Positions 54,540 through 64,000 of a stretch of DNA of 64,000 bases are shown here, in pieces. A program made the translations under genes and the position numbers. Each line of letters opens with the position of its first letter. The stretch's first letter is position 1. The DNA comes from Octopus vulgaris. Its lineage: Eukaryota. The notes under the pieces are model-generated. The model worked only from the letters and a program-made list of their open reading frames with translations. It ran no database searches and was not told the origin of the DNA. The stretch spans positions 168,082,001 through 168,146,000 of the forward strand of contig OX597815.1 of NCBI GenBank assembly GCA_951406725.2, read 5' to 3'.

Positions 54540-55365
54540 AGGAGGAGACATCCGAACAGAGAAGGAATAGACTTGATGATATGCGGACACGAGCCTCCGG
54601 CAAGAAAGTGGCAAAATCTGCAGGAAGATATATGCTGTATGCGGAGAGGATGCTATTATGGGACGTATGCATCAGATGTGGCTTTCAAGATTTCAATCAG
54701 GAAATTTTTTTGGTCTTCGCTCTGGCCGACTAACTGTGACAAACAGCGACAAAATGAAGGAATTTGTCGACACCAACACCCGTTTTACGACCAAGAGATG
54801 GGAGACATTCTCCAGATATCTAAACCATCTACATCAACTTGGCTACGTAAGCAGGTTCGATGTTTAGGTCCTAACTTCAACTGAATGACACTAACCTTGC
54901 CCAACGGTTTTCCATCTGTGATTCCTTAAAGAAACGTGAGAAAAAAAAAGTGAATGGCGAGAGGAGACGAAAAATGGATCCTCTATAATAATCTGAAGCA
55001 CTAACGATCACGGGGATTGCACAGCGAACCACCACAAACAACCTCCAAATCAGGACTTCATCAAAAGCAGGTTATACTTTCAATTCGATGGGATTGGAAG
55101 GGTGTTGTCGTTTATGAGTTTCCTCCCATAACACAGGACCGTTAATTCGGATGTGCACTGTGTGCAGCTGGACAAATTGAATGCAACGATCTACCAGAAG
55201 CATCGATACTTGCTAATCGTAAGGGCTTTGTCTTTCATCACGACAATGCCAGGTTATACATTTCTTTACTGATGCGACAGGAGTTACTAGGGTTTGACTG
55301 GAAAGTTTTGACGTACCTTTCATATTCACTCGACGTTGCGCCTTCGGATTTCCACTTGTTTGTTT
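54540..55365 (+). pseudogene. Decayed mariner transposase
   Basis: Fragments GDEKWILYNN, WDWKGVV, FHHDNAR and YSLDVAPSDFHLF (YSPDLAPSD motif). Confidence 0.88.
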
Positions 55366-55403
55366 GTTTCTTTCTTTTGTGTGTGTGTGTGTGTGTGTGT
55401 GAG

Positions 55404-55586
55404 TAGGCGCAGGAGTGGCTGTGTGGTAATTAGGTTGCTTTCCAACCACATGGTTCCGGGTTCAGTCCCACTGCGTGGCACCTTGGGCAAATGTCTTCAA
55501 CTATAGCGTTGGACCGACCGAAGCCTTGTGAGTGGATTTGGTAGACGGAAACTGAAAGAAGCCTGTCGTATGTGTGTGTATATATA

Positions 55587-55620
<34 letters not shown>

Positions 55621-55800
55621 TACTCCAGCATCGCTTGACAACCGATGCTCGTGTGTTTACGTCCCCGTAACTTAGTGGTTCGGCAAAAAAGACCGATAGA
55701 ATAAGTACTAGGCTTACAAAGAATAAGTCCTAGGGTCGATTTGCTCGACTAAAGGCGGCGCTCCAACATGGCCGCAGTCAAATGACTGAAACAAATAAAA
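55404..55800 (+). mobile_element. SINE family A, full length
   Basis: Head ggcgcaggagtggctgtgtgg through tail. Confidence 0.85.
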
Positions 55801-56169
55801 GAAAGAATACATGCGTGTGTTTGCATGTATGTATGTATGTATGTATGTATGTACACACATAAAGGATTTCGATCTGTGGTGGTGGTTTTTGGTGGTGGTT
55901 GTGGTGGTTTGATGACGTTGATCGTCTAATGATGATAATGATGTTTATGATAATTGTTATGGCGAATGAAGATAGTGGTGGCGATCGTAGTTATGGTGGT
56001 GATGGTAAAAGTGATGGTGGTGATGGATGCTAGTGTGGTAGTGTGGATGGTCTCAATTGTATGGTGGGAGTATTTGTAGTGGTATTGGAGGTAGTTGTGG
56101 TTTTTTATTGACAACGACAAAGTCGATGATATAGAGAGGACGATATAAAAGATTTTATTCCTAAAAGCT

Positions 56170-56194
56170 CTTCATTTTCACGCGTACACACGCG

Positions 56195-56263
<69 letters not shown>

Positions 56264-56484
56264 CAAAACACAACACAAGAAGCAATGGTCAATCGTAGTA
56301 AAGCGAATGACAAGTAGCTGGCTATGATACGTTGAAAGGTCGTAGTTGAATGACATCAACTGACAAGCCGTTATCTGTCATGTATAACTAACAATTATAC
56401 GCCGAGAACTTGGTTGTGGTTATTAAGAAAACTAACTCTTCAAATATTCAAAGGCTTAACAAGTATAGATGTGTGTATACATGA

Positions 56485-56531
<47 letters not shown>

Positions 56532-56631
56532 CGTGCGTGCGTATATATATATTGAAAGGGCACTTGTAGAGACGTGTGCACACGTGTATGTGGGCGTGCG
56601 TGCATGTACATATGTGTATATATATATATAT

Positions 56632-56666
<35 letters not shown>

Positions 56667-56729
56667 AAGAGAAAGAGACATGTTTATATATATATATATA
56701 TATATACACGCACTCACACATACACACAC

Positions 56730-56771
<42 letters not shown>

Positions 56772-56813
56772 GCACACACACATACACACACACATACATA
56801 CATATATATATTT

Positions 56814-56874
<61 letters not shown>

Positions 56875-57871
56875 CCTATACTAGCGCACAAACACATCGA
56901 CACACCGTGTGTAAATATAACGGAATATATGTTTGTATATAATGCGTTGTGTGTGTGTGTGTGTGTGTGTATGTGTGTGTGTGTGTGTGTATGTGTGTGT
57001 ATGCGTGTGTGTGTGACTGTATGTATATGTTGGGGAGTGCACGCGCGTGTATATGTATGCGTTCGTATGGATATTCGGAAGAAATACAATAGCACAAACA
57101 ACAACAACAACAACAAGAGCAGAAACTTTGCAAACACAACCGCATACACACCACACAAAACAAATAAACAAATACATTAATGGCCGAAAGCTGAATGGCT
57201 GGAGGCCAAAAAAAAAAAAAGAAGAAGAAAAAAGGGGAAAAAATGACATGATATAATGAAGGAGAGACGTAGGTGAAGAAACATAAAAAGTGTGACGTTT
57301 AATTGAGTGAAGAGTGAAAGCAAGGGAGCTTATTATGACAGAGAGCCAGAATATGCAAGCAGAGGAGCTGACAAGGGCTGGCAGGCAGGCAGGCAAGAAG
57401 GCAGACCGGAAAGCAGGAAGGCAATAGTTTATCTAAAGTAGGGGGAGTTTTAGTCGGTTATTCCGGTTTTTGTTCTGCTCTTTAAGCTAGCTAATTCTCC
57501 TTAGCATTGTTGATGAATGATGGAGTGTGCTGGTGGTGTGTATGAATGAATGAATGAATGAATGGCCAGACTTCGCTTGGTCTTCCTATCAAATAAAGAA
57601 AGAGAGAGAAAAAAAAAGAGGAACGAAAGAAATACAAGCGAAACAGTCACGAGGACTAAGAAACTGCGCTATCAACCACGAACAAACCACAGCAATAACA
57701 CCAACGACAGTGGAGAAGGGCCTCGATATTAACAACGTGATTTCCTTGCTTCTCTAATGCTTTTGTCCAAATCATATCGATTTACACACACACACACACA
57801 CACACACTCATGCGCATATATATATACACATCCAAATAAACAGAGAGATAGACAGACAGGCAGACAGAAAA

Positions 57872-57929
<58 letters not shown>

Positions 57930-57954
57930 TGTTGTTGTTGTTGTTGTTGTTGTT

Positions 57955-58035
<81 letters not shown>

Positions 58036-58686
58036 GGAGGAAGAAAGAATGAAAAAAAGAAAGAGAGAAAGGGTTTTTCTGAAGGAGTGGAATAGAAGTG
58101 ATGATGTTCTTGTAGCAAAATGCATTGCACTAATGCATGATGATGGTGATGATGTTGATGACAGTGATGATGATGATGATGAGGAGGAGGAGGGGGGGGA
58201 GGGTGGTGGTGGTGGGGGAAGAGGAGGAGGAGGAGAAGGAGGAGAGTGGTGGTATGATAGTCGTTTTGTTTATGTTTATGATGATGGTGATACTACTGAT
58301 GGTTGTTGTAGTGGCGATGGCGATTGAGGTGATAGAGAAGAAGGCTGGGCGGATCGCTGTGGATACCCAGAGAGAATTATTTTTCCGATGATAATGTTGA
58401 TTTGTTATGATAGCAGTGTTTAGATGTATGGCGGGGGGAGAGGAGGAGGAGGATTGGTGTTGAAGATACGAACAGGAAAAGAAAATGACTAAAGGAGGAC
58501 GCGGCGAAGACAACGACGATTACAAAGATGGCGATGATGGCGATGATGGCGATGATGAGGTTAACTGATACGAGGCCACTTGTAAATTTGCACAATCTGC
58601 ACTTAGAGAGTTGGCAGGGCCAAAAGGACAAACGCATTTGTTACACATATTGGCGTTGTGTGACGGTGGAAAGTGGAGTTCAGCGG

Positions 58687-58769
<83 letters not shown>

Positions 58770-58993
58770 GGTGGTGGTGTTGGTGGTAGTAGTAGTAGTA
58801 GGAGGAGGAGGAGGAGGAGGAGGAGGTGGTGGTGGAGGGGGTGATTAGAAGGAATATAGGAATAAAATGGAGAATATGAAGGAAAGAAAGAAAGAAAAAC
58901 GAAAGGAGAATAAAACAAACGCGCACAAAATTGTAGGAGGGAGAAAGTGATGGGCGGATTGATAGATAGATGGATGGATGGATAATTATACAA

Positions 58994-59066
<73 letters not shown>

Positions 59067-59070
59067 GAGG

Positions 59071-59104
<34 letters not shown>

Positions 59105-59150
59105 CTAATAGATGGATGGATGGATGGATGGATGGATGGATGGATGACAA
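56170..59150. repeat. Compound microsatellite field with short unique islands
   Basis: (CA)n, (TA)n, (GATA)n, (GTA)n, (GAT)n and (GGA)n tracts. Confidence 0.9.
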
Positions 59151-59494
59151 TGTGAATTCATAAATTTTTGATGGAAGGGTAGATATTTGGATGGATAAAT
59201 TCAAGGATCGATACCATCGAACGCTCGATGCTTCAGTGGTTAAATGGATTGATTATTGGATTAATAGATGGATAGATAGATTTATTGACAGATGGGTAGA
59301 GTAATGGATGGACAGAGGGTGAATGGCTGGGTAATGGATAACTGCATGATTCGATGTGGATTGTTAGCGGTTGGATCAGTTGAGGTAGGATGGGCGAGGA
59401 ATAGATATTCCAGCATGGCCGCAGTCTATATACTGGAGTTAGAAAAATATTAAAGATAAAAGAATGGATTGGATTTCAAAAGATTGTAAGAAAG

Positions 59495-59890
59495 TGTGTG
59501 GTAAGTAGCTTGCTTACCAGCCACATGGTTCTGGGTTCAGTCCCACTGCGTGGCACCTTGGGCAAGTGTCTTCTACTATAGCCTTGGGCCGACCAAAGCC
59601 TTGTGAGTGGATTTGGCAGACGGAAACTGAAAGAAGCCCGTCGTATATATGTGTATATACATGCATGTGTGTGTATATGTTTGTATGTCTGTGTTTGTAT
59701 CCCCAACATCGCTTCACAACCGATGATGGTGTGTTTACGTCCCCGTAACTTAGCGGTTCGGCAAAAGAGACCGATAGAATAAGTACTAGGCTTACAAAGA
59801 ATAGGTCCTGGGGTCGATTTGCTCGACTAAAGGCGGTGCTCCAGCATGGCCACAGTCAAATGACTGAAACAAGTAAAAGAGTAAAAGAGG
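59495..59890 (+). mobile_element. SINE family A
   Basis: Close to the consensus of the other copies. Confidence 0.85.
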
Positions 59891-60371
59891 AATTAATTTT
59901 GACTAATGACTGAAGAGAAAAATGACGCATTTTACGAATCCCGTATTCATCCATATCTTTATCTTTTATGTTTTGCTTGTTTCCATCATAATGAAGACGC
60001 GTGGCTCGGCGGTTAGGGTATTCGGCTCACGATCGTAGGGCCGTGAGTTTGATTCCGGGCCGCACGCTGTGTCCTTGAGCAAGACACTTTATTCCACATT
60101 GCTCCAGTTCACTCAGCTGGCAAAAATGAGTTTTACCTGTATTTCAAAAGAGTCAGTTTTGTTACGTTGTGTGTCACGCTGAATCTCCTTGTGAAACTAC
60201 ATTAAGGGTTGCGGGTGTTTGTAGAATGCTCAGCCACTTACACGCTAATTTCATGAGCATGCTGTTCCGTTGATTGGATCAACTGGAACCCTTGTCGTCG
60301 TAACCGACAGAATGCCAGTTTCCATAACTGGACTGCAGTCATACTGGGGCACCGCATTGAATGGTTTCATT

Positions 60372-60986
60372 CAGTGGTTCTCAAATGGGATCCGTATGAT
60401 CCCTGGGGGTCCACATAAGATTTTTGGGGGTCCACGCAAGCAAATTAAATTGAGGACCCATAGTAGTAGTTTAAGGGCCCATGAAAAATTTTTATTTAGA
60501 TGCATTAATTGCAAGAAACAGCAAGATTTCTTTCTTTAACGTTTTGCATAGTTCAAACTACAAAGTTAATATATGAAAAACAAAATAGGTATTTTGAAAG
60601 AATTATCTAGTTTTGAACTTCGACTGGCAATGGGGCCCAAGTTCAGTCCCACCTTAGCAAGTATCTTCTACTATAGCCTCGGGTCGACCAAAGCCCTGTG
60701 AGTGGATTTGGTAAATGAAAACTGAAAGAAGCTCGTTGTGTATGTGTGTGTGCGTGTGTATGTCCCTATATCAGTTGACAATCGATGCGTTTACGTCCCC
60801 GTAACTTAGCGGTTCGGCAAAAGTGACCGATAGAATAAGTACTAGGCTTACAAAGAATAAGTCCTGGGGTCGATTTGTTCGACTAAAGACGGTGCTTCAG
60901 CATGGCCAGTCAAAATGAATGAAACAAATAAAAGAATAAAAGAATAAAGGGGTCCATAGTAAAAAAAAAACCATTGAGGATCACTG
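60372..60986. mobile_element. hAT-like MITE containing a SINE A copy (60640-60945)
   Basis: TIRs CAGTGGTTCTCAA / TTGAGGATCACTG; imperfect 8-bp flanks gtttcatt / gtttaatc. Confidence 0.75.
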
Positions 60987-61152
60987 GTTTAATCGAACAA
61001 ATCAACCCCAGTACTTGTTTTTTGGGGTGGGTAGTGGGGTTTAAACCCTGGTACTTATTTTACTGGTCTCTTTTGCCGAACCGCTAAATTACGGAGACGT
61101 AAACAAACCAATACCGGTTGTCAAGTGGTGGGAAACAAACACTAACACGAAG

Positions 61153-61246
<94 letters not shown>

Positions 61247-61250
61247 ATAC

Positions 61251-61325
<75 letters not shown>

Positions 61326-61374
61326 AATATTATACATATGTTTACTTATATGTTATATATATTTATCTTTTATC

Positions 61375-61770
61375 TCTTTTTTGTTTCAGTCGTTAAGCCG
61401 TGGCCATGCTGGAGTACCAACTTCAAGGATTTAATGGACTAAATCGACCGCAGCACACATTTTCTTTTAAACCTGGTACATATTCTATCGGTCTCTATTG
61501 CCGAAACGCTAAGTTACGTGGACGTAAACAAACCAACACCAGTTGTTAAGCGGTGGCAGGGTACAAACACATGCACAACGACACACACATAGATATGTAC
61601 ACATATATTTGCATCGGGCTCCTTTCAGCTTCCGGCAACCAAATCCACTCAGAAGTATTTGATCGGCCCAGGACTAGAGTGGAAGGCATTTGCCGAAAGT
61701 GCCACGCACGCGATACTGAACCCGGAACCAAGTGATTGGTAAGCAAAATTCTTAGCATAACAGCCACGTC
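61375..61770 (-). mobile_element. Diverged SINE family A
   Basis: Homology throughout with many substitutions. Confidence 0.7.
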
Positions 61771-62121
61771 TTATATATATGATCGTTTCGCTGTAGGAGA
61801 CCTAAGATTTGTAAAGAAAATAAGATAGACGGGTAGATGTGAATGTAGAGATAATCCGAAAGATATATACATGATATATAATGTGTAGCGTATTGACTGC
61901 AACAATAGAAAGTCGGGACCCAGTCGGGACCCAGTCGGGACCTAGTTGATAAATCGCTTCATTTTCACCTCTAAAAATTAAGTGGCGAAGACACTAAACT
62001 TATAAAAAGGTTGCGTAAATTACACACACACACACATACACACACAAATAGTGTATAAAGCAAGGAAAACACAGAAGTGAGAAAACATCAAGAAACAGGA
62101 TTTTTTTTAACATAGAGGGTG

Positions 62122-62878
<757 letters not shown>

Positions 62879-63529
62879 TGAGAATTTCCTCGGCAAGCAC
62901 ACACTATGTCATCAGTGACAAAAGAATGACGTGTGACTAACAAGAAAGCCGAAGTAACATTCGAGACAAAACGACAAACCACCAGCGCCACCAAGCCTTT
63001 GCTCTTGACGCAATCATCCACTTTATTCCTCACTTTTCTTCATTTATTTATTCATTCGTTCACTTCCCAGAAGGAGAATTACATTCTTCTAATGCGCTAC
63101 TAATATTCTTCTTTTCACATTGTTATTTTCTTTTCTCATATTCGTTTTATTTTTATTCATTGTATTTATTTATTTATTGCTTCTTCAACGCAACTAATTA
63201 GAAATATGTAATGTTAAGAGGGTCTCATTAAATTTTGAGAAGCTAGCAACGTTTGCCGTGCTTTGCATCAGACCTCTGCTAAACATATTCATATCTCAAA
63301 AGGCTCATCAAGTTTATCGCTCGAGATGTGTTATAATGAAGGAGCAGAAGAGACGAGGAGAAAGAAAACCACAAGCCTCGTCAAAACTTGTTCGACTTTA
63401 CCACACGCCATCTTATATTTTGTATCTACCTCTTTTTATCTTCAATGAATGTCATCCTTAACTTCATATTCTCTTCTCACATACACACTCACATTGTTTG
63501 TCTGTCTATCTATCTATCTATCTATCTAC

Positions 63530-63583
<54 letters not shown>

Positions 63584-63906
63584 GTCTGTCTGTCTGTCTG
63601 TCTATCTGTCTATTTATCTCTATTCTTCTCCCTCCATTTTCATATCTATTCTCCTTTGCTGTCTTCCTTTATTCATTTCTTTTCACAATGTCATACACCA
63701 CAGAAAAATTGAATGGAGAGGAAAATAGAGTATGAAAACCTAAGAATACATACATACATACATACATACATACATACATACATACATACATACATACATA
63801 CATACATACATACATACATACATACATACACATATACATACATACAAACATACATACATACAAACACATACTTTCTTAGCATGTGTATACATTTTTCTGT
63901 TAACGC

Positions 63907-63976
<70 letters not shown>

Positions 63977-64000
63977 TTGTGCGTTTATATACGTATCTAC

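Noticed and set aside
57180-57480. Unique islands among microsatellites (also 58560-58690, 62880-63050) as enhancers or exons
   Set aside because: No recognisable protein or splice pattern, and conservation cannot be assessed from this sequence alone.

Overview
AT-rich, microsatellite- and SINE-saturated animal genomic DNA. The repeat landscape resembles a coleoid cephalopod such as Octopus (inference, not database-checked). The only host gene I can support is the 5' part of ornithine transcarbamylase (OTC) on the minus strand. Five coding exons (19315-19397, 10997-11108, 7840-7921, 4159-4246, 2043-2196) splice in frame at GT-AG sites, and the last three match human exons 3-5 in length (82/88/154 nt). 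The 3' exons lie beyond position 1. The rest is transposon debris: several SINE families, R4/Dong-like and RTE LINE fragments, Penelope-like remnants with minimal hammerhead ribozyme motifs, Tc1/mariner, hAT, piggyBac-like and TTAGGG-containing MITEs, a Helitron with a nested Helitron, 50-bp and 202-bp tandem arrays, and long palindromes. Main observations: (1) OTC genomically encodes His (CA|T) at the exon-junction codon equivalent to human Arg129, the spf-ash/R129H allele, which one A-to-I edit would revert. (2) An in-frame upstream exon could add 61 aa ahead of the mitochondrial presequence. (3) A family of (TA)n-associated elements carries minimal hammerheads, including a ~430-bp palindrome centred on a probable hammerhead stem. 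Most ORF-track entries are microsatellite artefacts.
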